Positions 37,425-46,413 of a stretch of 64,000 nt of DNA are shown here, piece after piece; positions within the stretch are counted from its first letter, which is position 1, and each line of letters begins with the position of its first letter. The stretch is from the NCBI GenBank assembly GCA_050916045.1, contig CP051526.1:1216001-1280000 (forward strand). Reading direction: 5' to 3'. The position numbers were made by a program, and so were the translations under genes. This stretch comes from Tepidisphaera sp. Lineage in GTDB: Bacteria > Planctomycetota > Phycisphaerae > Phycisphaerales > UBA1924. The notes under the pieces were generated by a model, which worked only from the letters and a program-made list of their open reading frames with translations, made no database searches and had not been told where the DNA came from.

Positions 37425-39578
37425 ATGCCCACGCCCGCCATGCAATCCGCGAAGCTCCCGAACTGGATGACCCAGATCCAGCGGTTCCGCGGCCTGATCG
37501 TGCCCGTCGGGTTCGTCTCCCTGCTGACGGTCCTGCTCGTCCCGCTGCCGTCGGCGATGCTCGACATTCTGATCGCGCTCAACATCGCGCTCTCGATCAT
37601 CGTGCTGCTGACCACCGTCTACATGAACGAGCCGCTGGACTTCAGCGCCTTCCCCTCGCTGCTCCTGGCCGTCACGATGTACCGCCTGGTGCTCAATATC
37701 GCTTCGACCCGCCTCGTCCTCACGGCGGATGCCTCGTCCCCGGAGGAAGCGATGCACGTCGCCGGGCACGTGATCGCGGCGTTCGGCAACTTCGTCGCGG
37801 GCGACTCGCTCTTTGTCGGCGTCATCATCTTCATCATCCTGGTGATCGTGCAGTTCATCGTGGTGAGCAAGGGTGCCACACGCATCTCGGAAGTCGCCGC
37901 ACGCTTCACCCTCGACGCCATGCCCGGCAAGCAGATGGCGATTGACTCGGACCTCAACGCCGGAGTCATCGACGAGAAGGAAGCCCGCCGTCGCCGCGCC
38001 CGCGTCGCCCAGGAAGCCGACTTCTTCGGTGCCATGGATGGTGCTTCCAAGTTCGTCCGCGGCGATGCGATCGCCGGCATCATCATCACCGCCGTCAACA
38101 TCCTCGGCGGGTTCGCCGTCGGCATGGTTCAGAAGGGCTGGGAAGCCGGCAAGACCGCCGAGGTCTTCACCAAGCTCACCATCGGCGACGGTCTCACCAG
38201 CCAGATCCCCGCCCTCGTCGTCTCCATCGCTTCGGCCCTCATCGTCACCCGCTCCGGTAGCAAAGCCCAGCTCGGCGATGAGCTCGCCGACCAGATGGCA
38301 AGCCAGCCCAAGGGCCTCATCATCACCGGCGTCTTCCTCCTCATCCTCGCGATGACGCCGCTCCCCACGATCCCGCTCGTCGTGACCGCCGTCGCCCTCT
38401 TCGGCATCGCCTACGCCATCAACCGCTCCCGCAAGGTCACCGCGAACGCCGAGCTTGAAGTCGCCGCCGAAGCGGCCAAGAAGCCCGTCGAGCCCCCGCA
38501 GGTCGAATCCCTCCTCAAGGTCGACACGCTCGAACTTGAAGTCGGTCACAGCCTCGTCGGCCTCGTCGACGTCGGAAGCGGTGGCGATCTGCTGGACCGG
38601 ATCTCGGCTGTTCGTCGCCAGCTCGCGCTGGAGTTCGGTCTCGTGATGCCCCCGGTCCGCATCCGCGACAACATCCAGCTCGACACCTGCGCGTACCGCT
38701 TCAAGATCCGCGGCAACCCCGTCGCCGAAGGGATCATCCGTCCGGGCAAGCTCATGGCGATGGACTCGGGGATCGCAAGCGGCGTCATCGAGGGCGAGGA
38801 AACCGTCGAGCCCGCCTTCGGCCTGGCCGCCCGCTGGATCGAGTCCTCGCTCCGCGGACGCGCCGAAGCCATGAACTACACCGTCGTCGAGCCCACCGCC
38901 GTCATGGCCACGCACCTCACCGAACTCGTCAAGACCCACGCCGATGAGCTTCTCACCCGCGAAGAGGTCGGAAACCTGCTCGAAGAATGCAAGAAGAAAG
39001 CCGCCAAGCTCGTCGAGGAGACCGTCCCGGCGATCCTCAAGCCCACCGAGCTTCAGAAGCTGCTCCAGAACCTTCTCCGTGAACGCGTCCCGATCCGCGA
39101 TCTCGAGACCGTGCTTGAGACCGTCGCGGAGTGGGGCACCAAGACCAAGGACCTCGAGGTTCTCACCGAGTACGTCCGCAACGGTCTCAGGCGCACGATC
39201 TGCAACCAGTACGCGGCCGTCCCGCCCGGAGGCCTCAAGCCCAAGCTGGTCTGCGTCACGCTTGACCCGACGATCGAGGATCAGATCAACGCGTACATCG
39301 ATCGCGGCCCGGCGGGCACGGTCGTCAACATGCCGGCCCGCGCCGCTGCACGCTTCGCCGACCAGATCGCCAAGGGCCTCAGGCTCGTCACCGACGCGGG
39401 ACATCTCCCGGTCGTCATCGCAAGCCCGCAGGTTCGCGCGGTCGTCCGCCAGGTCATCGAGCCGCACGTCCCCGGCGTCGCGGTCCTCGGTTACAACGAG
39501 ATCGCCGGAGGGATCGAAGTCGAGTCCCTCGCGCTCATCACCCCCGCCGAAGAACAGACCACCCTCGCCGCGGCTTGA
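37425..39578 (+). CDS. flhA: Flagellar export protein FlhA
   Basis: FPSLLL, EVAARFTLDAMPGKQMAID, GAMDGASKFVRGDA, LTIGDGL. Confidence 0.97.
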   Translation: MPTPAMQSAKLPNWMTQIQRFRGLIVPVGFVSLLTVLLVPLPSAMLDILIALNIALSIIVLLTTVYMNEPLDFSAFPSLLLAVTMYRLVLNIASTRLVLTADASSPEEAMHVAGHVIAAFGNFVAGDSLFVGVIIFIILVIVQFIVVSKGATRISEVAARFTLDAMPGKQMAIDSDLNAGVIDEKEARRRRARVAQEADFFGAMDGASKFVRGDAIAGIIITAVNILGGFAVGMVQKGWEAGKTAEVFTKLTIGDGLTSQIPALVVSIASALIVTRSGSKAQLGDELADQMASQPKGLIITGVFLLILAMTPLPTIPLVVTAVALFGIAYAINRSRKVTANAELEVAAEAAKKPVEPPQVESLLKVDTLELEVGHSLVGLVDVGSGGDLLDRISAVRRQLALEFGLVMPPVRIRDNIQLDTCAYRFKIRGNPVAEGIIRPGKLMAMDSGIASGVIEGEETVEPAFGLAARWIESSLRGRAEAMNYTVVEPTAVMATHLTELVKTHADELLTREEVGNLLEECKKKAAKLVEETVPAILKPTELQKLLQNLLRERVPIRDLETVLETVAEWGTKTKDLEVLTEYVRNGLRRTICNQYAAVPPGGLKPKLVCVTLDPTIEDQINAYIDRGPAGTVVNMPARAAARFADQIAKGLRLVTDAGHLPVVIASPQVRAVVRQVIEPHVPGVAVLGYNEIAGGIEVESLALITPAEEQTTLAAA

Positions 39579-39601
39579 CCGTGCCATGAAAGGAACACGC
39601 G

Positions 39602-40006
39602 ATGGAACCCAAATCCCCCAAGCCCCCCTCCGCCGCGGACATCGCCGCCTTGCGTGCCGCGGTCGTCGGCGTCGCTGCTGAACCGGCTATCAAGCTCTCC
39701 AAACCCGTAGCCGACGTCGCCGGGTTCCGGTCCACGACCTGGACCGCCGCCCCGTCCGCGATCCAGACCGCCAGTCCCCCGGTGGCCAGTCTCCGCGGCT
39801 CGGCCTCTCCCTCTCCCTCGTCGGCGGCTCCGGCGGTCGCTCCGCGCCCGGCGCCCGTGCCGGCCGCCAAGCCTCCCGAAGTCACGGTGGGGGGGCTCCT
39901 TCAGGAGGTTGGCGACCTTCGCAGGATGGTTGCGGCGATGTCCGAATCCCTTCGGTCGCTCGAAGCGCGACTGGCGACCGTTCAGGCCGCTCCGCCGCGT
40001 GGATAA
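39602..40006 (+). CDS. Pro/Ala-rich protein with C-terminal coiled coil at the usual flhF position
   Basis: AAGGA RBS; low-complexity linker plus LLQEVGDLRRMVAAMSESLRSLEARL; no GTPase motifs. Confidence 0.5.
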   Translation: MEPKSPKPPSAADIAALRAAVVGVAAEPAIKLSKPVADVAGFRSTTWTAAPSAIQTASPPVASLRGSASPSPSSAAPAVAPRPAPVPAAKPPEVTVGGLLQEVGDLRRMVAAMSESLRSLEARLATVQAAPPRG

Positions 40007-40060
40007 CTTGTGGACAAGTCCGGGTTTTGGTGAATTCCGGCACGACCGCGTCCTTTCCGC

Positions 40061-40088
40061 TCAAGCGCGGGCCCCGATCCGTCGATGC
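40061..40088 (+). promoter_or_regulatory. Sigma28-like promoter upstream of orf40130-fliA
   Basis: TCAAG-N15-GTCGATGC. Confidence 0.5.
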
Positions 40089-40129
40089 CAGTCTGTTCCG
40101 TACCGCCTGAAGAGTCGAGGGCCCGTTCG

Positions 40130-40399
40130 ATGAGCGCACCGAGTCGAGTCATCGCGTCGATTTTCGCTCTTTCCGCCTTTCTGGTGGCGACTTTGTCGGG
40201 TTTGTTCGCGGGAGCGTCGGCGACCGAGACGCTCCTCCGAGCGCTTCCGGTCATGATCCTGTTCTATCTTGTTGGGGGTGTGATAGGGTCATTAATCGAG
40301 TCGATGATCAGCGCCGCGCATCACGCAGGAGCTGGATCCCCCGGGCACGGTGGAAAACCGGTGGAAAACTCGGGGGCCGGTGTCAAAGATTCCGGCTGA
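40130..40399 (+). CDS. Small two-TM protein preceding fliA
   Basis: Two hydrophobic helices; GAGG RBS. Confidence 0.6.
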   Translation: MSAPSRVIASIFALSAFLVATLSGLFAGASATETLLRALPVMILFYLVGGVIGSLIESMISAAHHAGAGSPGHGGKPVENSGAGVKDSG

Positions 40400-40561
40400 T
40401 TCGGGCAAAATTTCCGGAATTTCTCATTTTTTTGAGCATGACCGGGCGGGAAGTTGTTATCACTATGTCGGAGGCATGGAATGCCTCTGTGGAATGGAAT
40501 CCAGTGAAGAGCCCGGCAGAGGATCGCCGCCGGACTCGAGAATGGTCAAGGAGTCGACCAT

Positions 40562-41443
40562 ATGACGACCATGAAGGTCGCGCGAGGGCTGTCTCGTCAG
40601 GCCAATCGCGCCGCGTACCGGCAGGCTGAGATCTCGAAATCTCGCTCGGAATTCGACAAGAAGCCGGTCAACGACGTCTGGCGTGAGCTGCAGCGTCTCC
40701 CGGAGGATTCGCCGCGCCGCCGCGACATCCGCAACTACTTCATGGAGCGCTTCCTGCCGCTCGTGCGGTACAACGCCGAACGCATCCACACTCGACTCCC
40801 CGACGAGGTCGACATCGAGGACCTCATGTCCGCCGGCGTCTTCGGCCTCATGGACGCCATCGACGCTTTCGACCTTGAACGCAAGGTGAAGTTCGAGACC
40901 TACTGCGCCCCGCGCATCCGCGGCGCCATCCTCGACGAACTCCGGTCGATGGACTGGGTGCCCCGTCTCGTCCGCCACCGCACCTCCAAGTTCGAGCAGG
41001 CCCGCCAGCAGATCGAAATGGCCACCGGCGTCAGCCCCACCGACGATCAGGTCGCCATCCGACTGGGCCTCGAAGGCGAGGAATTCGACAAGCTCAAGCG
41101 CGACAGCTTCGCCGTCAACACGCGAAGCCTCACGCAGCGGTGCTTCAACTCCGACGGCAACCGCGATGTCCGCGAGATCGACGTGATCAAGGACGAATCG
41201 CAGCGCAACCCGCAGAACGAGGTGCAGCGCCGCGACCTCAAGGAACTGATCACCAAGGGCCTCAGCCGCGCCGAACGCCTCATCGTCATCCTCTACTACT
41301 ACGAGGGCATGACCATGAAGGAAATCGGCTCGACCCTGGACCTCTCCGAAAGCCGCGTCAGCCAGATGCATAGTTCGATCCTCCTCCGCCTCAAAGCCCA
41401 GATGCAGCACCGCACGAAGGAGCTCGAGGAAGTCGAGGAGTAA
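40562..41443 (+). CDS. fliA: RNA polymerase sigma factor, FliA/WhiG family
   Basis: DLMSAGVFGLMDAIDAFD, KFETYCAPRIRGAILDELRSMDWVPR, MTMKEIG..LSESRVSQMH. Confidence 0.95.
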   Translation: MTTMKVARGLSRQANRAAYRQAEISKSRSEFDKKPVNDVWRELQRLPEDSPRRRDIRNYFMERFLPLVRYNAERIHTRLPDEVDIEDLMSAGVFGLMDAIDAFDLERKVKFETYCAPRIRGAILDELRSMDWVPRLVRHRTSKFEQARQQIEMATGVSPTDDQVAIRLGLEGEEFDKLKRDSFAVNTRSLTQRCFNSDGNRDVREIDVIKDESQRNPQNEVQRRDLKELITKGLSRAERLIVILYYYEGMTMKEIGSTLDLSESRVSQMHSSILLRLKAQMQHRTKELEEVEE

Positions 41444-41467
41444 CGCTCCCGCCCCGCACGATTTTCG

Positions 41468-41508
41468 CCGGCCCCGCTTGCTTCCGCACGCGGGGCCGCT
41501 TTGCTTTT
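41468..41508 (+). terminator. Intrinsic terminator after fliA
   Basis: CGGCCCCGC...GCGGGGCCG stem followed by CTTTGCTTTT. Confidence 0.6.
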
Positions 41509-41512
41509 GCAG

Positions 41513-42100
41513 ATGACCACACCTTCCGTCCCATCCACCCGCCCCGTCCGGGCCTTCATCGGCCTGGGCGGCAATCTCGCCGGCACGCTCGGCGACGTCG
41601 CGAGCACCCTGCGGGCGGCCCTCGACCGGCTTCACGCGGCTCCCGGGGTGCGGGTGGTGGCTGTCTCGTCCCTCTACCGCACGGCCCCCGTGGGGCCGGT
41701 CGCCCAGCCCGATTTCCTCAACGCCGCCGCCGAGATCGCGACGGACCTGGACGCCCGAATCCTGCTGACGACCCTGCTGGCGGTCGAACGACTGGCGGGG
41801 CGCGATCGGTCCGTGGGCCCGCGGTTTGGGCCGCGTCCGCTTGATCTGGACCTTCTGATCTACGGCGACGCGATCATCCGAGAAGCCGATCTCGAGGTCC
41901 CGCACCCGCGCATGACGCAGCGGCGGTTCGTCCTGGAGCCGCTCGCGGAGATCGCCTCCGACCTGGTCATCCCCGGCACCGGAGAGGCGGCTTGCGTGTG
42001 GCGCGAGCGTGCGAAAGCGGGCGGCGACCGCGTGGCGAGAGAGCCCGGCGACTGGATTACGCCCCCGGACGCTTGGAGATCCGGCGGCACGCTTCGATGA
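41513..42100 (+). CDS. folK: 2-amino-4-hydroxy-6-hydroxymethyldihydropteridine diphosphokinase
   Basis: IGLGGNL, SSLYRTAP, QPDFLN, GPRPLDLDLL, PHPRMTQRRFVLEPL. Confidence 0.95.
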   Translation: MTTPSVPSTRPVRAFIGLGGNLAGTLGDVASTLRAALDRLHAAPGVRVVAVSSLYRTAPVGPVAQPDFLNAAAEIATDLDARILLTTLLAVERLAGRDRSVGPRFGPRPLDLDLLIYGDAIIREADLEVPHPRMTQRRFVLEPLAEIASDLVIPGTGEAACVWRERAKAGGDRVAREPGDWITPPDAWRSGGTLR

Positions 42101-43034
42101 GGTCGGCGCCGCGCTCGATGGGCGTCTGAAGCACGGACGTGCACCCTTCGAACTGCGGGTCGTCGGGCCGGACGCCCGGCGGACGGAACGCGATGATCGG
42201 TACCGTGCACCCTTCGCTCCTGAGCGTCGCGGCCACCGAGCCAGATCCTGTATCGAGCACGATCGCGCTGTAGGGCACGCCGACGATCGCGGAGTCAGAG
42301 AGGCACTCGGCCGTCGCCGGGCCCGCCGTCGCCGCATCCACGAGCGCCCCGGCGCTCGTGAGCCAGTCGTGCATGACGTCGCGAGAGAGCCCCGAGGGCC
42401 CGACGATCAGGATACTCCGCCCCGTCAACGGCAGCGCGGTGCGCGGCTCGCGTACACCCTGCCTTGCTGCGCAGAGATCGCAGAACTCAACCTCGCGAGA
42501 GATGAAATCCGCGACGAGTTCGAGCGAGTCGACGTCTTCGGCCGTGAACCTGCGTTCCCGCGTGTCGCGGACGCAGACCGCTCCGATCACCTCGCCTGTG
42601 GAGGCAAGGATCGGAACGCCGACGAACGCCACGCAGCCGGAGGCATTCGCTTCCCGGGTCTTTTCCGCGCACCCCGCCCGGGAGACGTTTCCGAGCACCA
42701 GCGGCTTGCCGCTCATCATGACGGTCGCGGCCAGAGAGCTCGATCGGTCGAAGGTCGCGACCTCGATCACCGGACTCCCGGTGCATCTCGTGTAATACTC
42801 CCACGACAGCATGATCGACGCGCTCGCCGCGGCCACGGAGCGAGCGGCGAGGGTAGCGAACTGCGCCACGCTCGCGGCCGTGCCCCTCGGTACGGCTTTC
42901 GACGTCGACTCGCCCCCCGCTCGTGCCGAAGCCGGGTCGAGAGCCTGCAGAGCAATCTCTCCCAGGGTGAGCTTCGTGTTGACGGGCGATGTGGTCATGG
43001 CTTGGTCGAGGCCTACTGCCGCGCCATCTGACAT
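42057..43034 (-). CDS. GAF domain protein with degenerate receiver-like domain
   Basis: AFVGVPILASTGEVIGAVCVRD..RRFT (GAF); ILIV..WLTSAGA..YSAIVLD..VPIIAF (REC-like). Start may be 42998. Confidence 0.65.
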   Translation of the reverse strand: MSDGAAVGLDQAMTTSPVNTKLTLGEIALQALDPASARAGGESTSKAVPRGTAASVAQFATLAARSVAAASASIMLSWEYYTRCTGSPVIEVATFDRSSSLAATVMMSGKPLVLGNVSRAGCAEKTREANASGCVAFVGVPILASTGEVIGAVCVRDTRERRFTAEDVDSLELVADFISREVEFCDLCAARQGVREPRTALPLTGRSILIVGPSGLSRDVMHDWLTSAGALVDAATAGPATAECLSDSAIVGVPYSAIVLDTGSGSVAATLRSEGCTVPIIAFRPPGVRPDDPQFEGCTSVLQTPIERGADLIEACRRISKRPGA

Positions 43035-43092
43035 CGACCATTGGTTCTGCCCGCGAGAGAGGGTGGATTCCTCAGTTCAGGCGTGAATGCCA

Positions 43093-46000
43093 TCAGTTCA
43101 CGCCGATCGCCGCGGCGTCCCGGTCCGAGAGCTTGGCCCCGTCGGACCGAACCTTCACCGTCCCGTCGCGACGCCACGAACGCTCGCACTTTTCAAAGCC
43201 GCGCTTCTGCACATCCTCGACCTTGATCGCTGTCGCTTTCGCGTCAATCCAGACCTTGCTGACGCCCAGAAGGTCCGCGAGATCGACCGGATCGAATCGT
43301 CCGAGCGAGCCGTCGGCATCCGGGAGCGTGACGCCAAGATCCAGCGGATTCTCGACGCTCAGGGCTTTGCGCTCGACTTCGATGGCGGCGAGCGCTGCGC
43401 TCCGCGCCTTCGAGACCGACGCCCAACCCGCATCGCAGCCCGCTCCGAACCCGGGCTTGTCCGCGCCGCCGAGGAACTCGGCGAGGTGCACGCAGACGGT
43501 CGCGTCCTTGGCGTCGACTCGGTGAAGCTCGCGGAACGCTTCGTCCGCCGTGTGGCAGAGCACCGGCGCGAGCAGACGGCACAGCCCGTCCGTGAGATTC
43601 CAGAGCGTCGCTTGCGTCTGCCGACGGCGCGGCGCATCCTTCGCGTCGCAGTAAAGCCGATCCTTCACCGCGCTGAGGTAGACCGCGCTCAGCGTGTCAT
43701 TGCAGAAGTCGTAAAGCGACTGCTGCGCCGTGCGGAAGTCGAACTCCTCGTAGGATTTGCGGACCTTGGCCGACACGGTCTCAAACTCCGCGAGCACCCA
43801 GGCGTCGAGGCTGGTGCCGCTCGCCGGCAACGCCGGACGCGCGCCGCTCTCGACCTTGAAGTCGTCGAGGTTGCTGAGCATGAAGCGGATGGTGTTGCGG
43901 ACCTTGCGGTAGCTTTCGCCGAGCTCGGCGAAGAGGCCCAGGTCGGCTTTGATGTCGTTCTCGAACGGCAGGCTCGCGACCCACCAGCGCATGACATCCA
44001 TACCGAACTCGTTGCAGAGGGATTCGACCTCGTAACGAGCGGCGTCCGGACGAGACTTGCTCAGCTTGCGGCCGTCCTTGTCGACGATGAACCCGTGCGT
44101 CAGAAGCGTCTTGAATGGCGGGATGCCCGTCGCGCCCAGCGCATTCAGAAGCGACGACTGGAACCACCCGCGGTGCTGGTCGGAGCCTTCGAGATAAAGA
44201 TCCACCGGGTAGCCGAGCCCGCGCTCCCGCATGCAGCCCGCCCACGTGCTTCCGGACTCGAACCAGACGTCGATGATGTCCCCGCCCTTGCGGAAAGAAG
44301 CCACGGAATCACGAAGCGACGAAGCCACAGCGGGAGGGCAATCCGGATCGGCCTTCGGGTCGTAGTACTTGAGCAGCTCCTCCGGGCCCGCCGAGAACCA
44401 GATGTCCGTGCCCTTCTCGCGCACGAGCTTGGCCACCGCGCGGACCGAAGCCGCCGTCATGAACGTAGATCCGTCCGGCAGGATGAACGCCGGGATCGGC
44501 ATGCCCCACGCACGCTGACGCGAGATGCACCAGTCCGGGCGCGACTCGAGCATGCCGCGCATGCGGTTGCGGCCCCATTCCGGAACAAACTTGACCACGC
44601 CCGACCGCGGATCGGTCTGTTTGAGGGCGAGATCGCGCAAGCTGCCCTCCCACTGGTCGATCTTGCGGTCCACGCTCACGAACCACTGGTGCGTGCAGCG
44701 GAAGATGACGGGGGTTTTGCTCCGCCAGTCGTGCGGGTAGCTGTGGCTGAACTTGTGGCTGAAGAACAAGTGGCCGGAGTTCTTGAGGTGCTGGGCGACC
44801 TCGTCATTGGCTTTCCAGATGAGCTTGCCCTGAAGCCACTGCGGCACGGTGTCGTCGTATGTGCCGTCGCCCTTCACCGGGCAGTACGACGGCAGCCCGA
44901 CGGCCTGGCCCGTCTGGTAGTCCTCGGTGCCGTGGCCGGGAGCGGTGTGCACGAGGCCCGTGCCGTCCTCGAGCGTGACATACTCCGCGCCGACGATCGT
45001 GTGGATCGGCGCATCCTCGCGGACTTTCTCGCGGGAGCGGAACGCTTCGGAACGCGAGCCCTCGGTCGCGGCGACGAACGGATGGCGGTACTTGAGGCCG
45101 ATGAGCTTGGAGCCCGGGCAGGTCGCGAGGACCACGAACTGCTCGGCTTTGTGCTCGCCGGTGGGCATCTTCATCACGCGAGCGACGGCGTCGGCGGCGA
45201 GGACGGTGACGTTGCCGTCGACCCAGACGCAGGCGTACTCAAACTTCGGGTTCACCGCGATCGCGAGGTTCGCCGGGAGCGTCCACGGCGTCGTCGTCCA
45301 GATCATGAACGACGGGCGGACCATCGGCCGCGTGCCGGGGAGCGGGACGCGCGAGGAAGCGGCGTCGGTCGGGCCGGGGATGTGCTCGGCGTCGTCGAGT
45401 TCTTCGGTTTCCTTCAGGCCGAAGGCGTCGTAGACAGCGTCGAGGTCGTCGGCTTCAAAGTCGACGTAGACCGAGAGGTCCTCGCGGTCCTGGTATTCGA
45501 GTTCGGCTTCGGCGAGCGCGGTCTCGTTGGCGATCGACCAGTGGACGGGCTTGAGGGCGCGGTAGACGAGGCCCTGCTTGCAGAGGTCGGCGAGGACCTC
45601 GAGCGTGGCGCCCTCGAACGAAGGCTGAAGCGTGAGGTAGGGGTGGTCGTAGTCGGCGAGGGTGAGGAGACGCTCCATCTGGCCGCGCTGGAGCTTGACG
45701 TACTTCTCGGCGTACGTCTGGCACTCTTTGCGGACGATGGTCTTGCGCTGGTCGTCGGGAAGCGTCGCGAGCTTGGCGAGCTTGCCCTTCTCCTGCATCT
45801 CGGTCATCACCTTGTGCTCGATGGGCAAGCCGTGCGTGTCCCAGCCGGGGACGTACGGGCAGTCAAAGCCCATCATCGAGCGGGTGCGGACGACGAAGTC
45901 CTTGAGGCACTTGTTGAGGAGGTGGCCGAGGTGGATGTTGCCGTTGGCGTAGGGGGGGCCGTCGTGGAAGACGTACTTGGGCTTGCCCTTGGCGGCTTCG

Positions 46001-46179
46001 CGGAGCTTGTCGTAGACCTTGATGGCCTGCCAGCGCTTGATGGAAGCGGGCTCGTTCTGCACGAGATTGGCTTTCATGGGGAAAGCGGTCTTCGGCAGGT
46101 TGAGGGTGTCTTTGAGGCTCGGACCCGCGGGTTTGGAAGCGGCGGGCTGGGCGGGCGACGGGGTGGGGGGGTTGGACAT
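43093..46179 (-). CDS. ileS: Isoleucine--tRNA ligase (type 1)
   Basis: TLNLPKTAFPMKANL, HDGPPYANG.IHLGH, PGWDTHGLPIE, WTTTPWTLPAN, DWCISRQR, EGSDQHRGWFQS, KLSKS. Confidence 0.98.
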   Translation of the reverse strand: MSNPPTPSPAQPAASKPAGPSLKDTLNLPKTAFPMKANLVQNEPASIKRWQAIKVYDKLREAAKGKPKYVFHDGPPYANGNIHLGHLLNKCLKDFVVRTRSMMGFDCPYVPGWDTHGLPIEHKVMTEMQEKGKLAKLATLPDDQRKTIVRKECQTYAEKYVKLQRGQMERLLTLADYDHPYLTLQPSFEGATLEVLADLCKQGLVYRALKPVHWSIANETALAEAELEYQDREDLSVYVDFEADDLDAVYDAFGLKETEELDDAEHIPGPTDAASSRVPLPGTRPMVRPSFMIWTTTPWTLPANLAIAVNPKFEYACVWVDGNVTVLAADAVARVMKMPTGEHKAEQFVVLATCPGSKLIGLKYRHPFVAATEGSRSEAFRSREKVREDAPIHTIVGAEYVTLEDGTGLVHTAPGHGTEDYQTGQAVGLPSYCPVKGDGTYDDTVPQWLQGKLIWKANDEVAQHLKNSGHLFFSHKFSHSYPHDWRSKTPVIFRCTHQWFVSVDRKIDQWEGSLRDLALKQTDPRSGVVKFVPEWGRNRMRGMLESRPDWCISRQRAWGMPIPAFILPDGSTFMTAASVRAVAKLVREKGTDIWFSAGPEELLKYYDPKADPDCPPAVASSLRDSVASFRKGGDIIDVWFESGSTWAGCMRERGLGYPVDLYLEGSDQHRGWFQSSLLNALGATGIPPFKTLLTHGFIVDKDGRKLSKSRPDAARYEVESLCNEFGMDVMRWWVASLPFENDIKADLGLFAELGESYRKVRNTIRFMLSNLDDFKVESGARPALPASGTSLDAWVLAEFETVSAKVRKSYEEFDFRTAQQSLYDFCNDTLSAVYLSAVKDRLYCDAKDAPRRRQTQATLWNLTDGLCRLLAPVLCHTADEAFRELHRVDAKDATVCVHLAEFLGGADKPGFGAGCDAGWASVSKARSAALAAIEVERKALSVENPLDLGVTLPDADGSLGRFDPVDLADLLGVSKVWIDAKATAIKVEDVQKRGFEKCERSWRRDGTVKVRSDGAKLSDRDAAAIGVN

Positions 46180-46329
46180 ATTGGCTTTCGTGAGGATCAG
46201 GCGCCGCCGCGGGTGCCTTTGGGGCTTGGCACGGCAGGACCGAGTTTAGGTTGGGATTGGGGGATGAGCGGCCGAACATTGAGGGCTCGGCGGAAACGAA
46301 GACAAGCCCCGCGAGCGGCCGAAAGGCGC

Positions 46330-46374
46330 TCAGCAGGGCGTTGTAATTCGCGAGATGATCGCAAACGTCATCAT
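46330..46374 (-). CDS. Putative ileS leader peptide MMTFAIISRITTPC
   Basis: 14 codons with three Ile codons (ATC ATC..ATT), 7 nt after TAGAAT and 150 nt upstream of ileS, followed by alternative hairpins. Confidence 0.65.
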   Translation of the reverse strand: MMTFAIISRITTPC

Positions 46375-46413
46375 CGGGCTGATTCTAGCCCGAACGGGCG
46401 GGATGCACGCCGA

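Noticed and set aside
35175..39587. 1470-aa minus-strand ORF
   Set aside because: Antisense shadow of fliQ-fliR-flhB-flhA caused by high-GC codon bias; no recognisable motifs.
46261..46300. Hammerhead-like GATGAG...GAAAC on the plus strand
   Set aside because: Lacks the CUGA core and flanking stems; better explained as part of the minus-strand ileS leader.
46180..46410. T-box riboswitch upstream of ileS
   Set aside because: No AGGGUGGNACCGCG T-box motif or Stem I signatures are visible on the coding strand.
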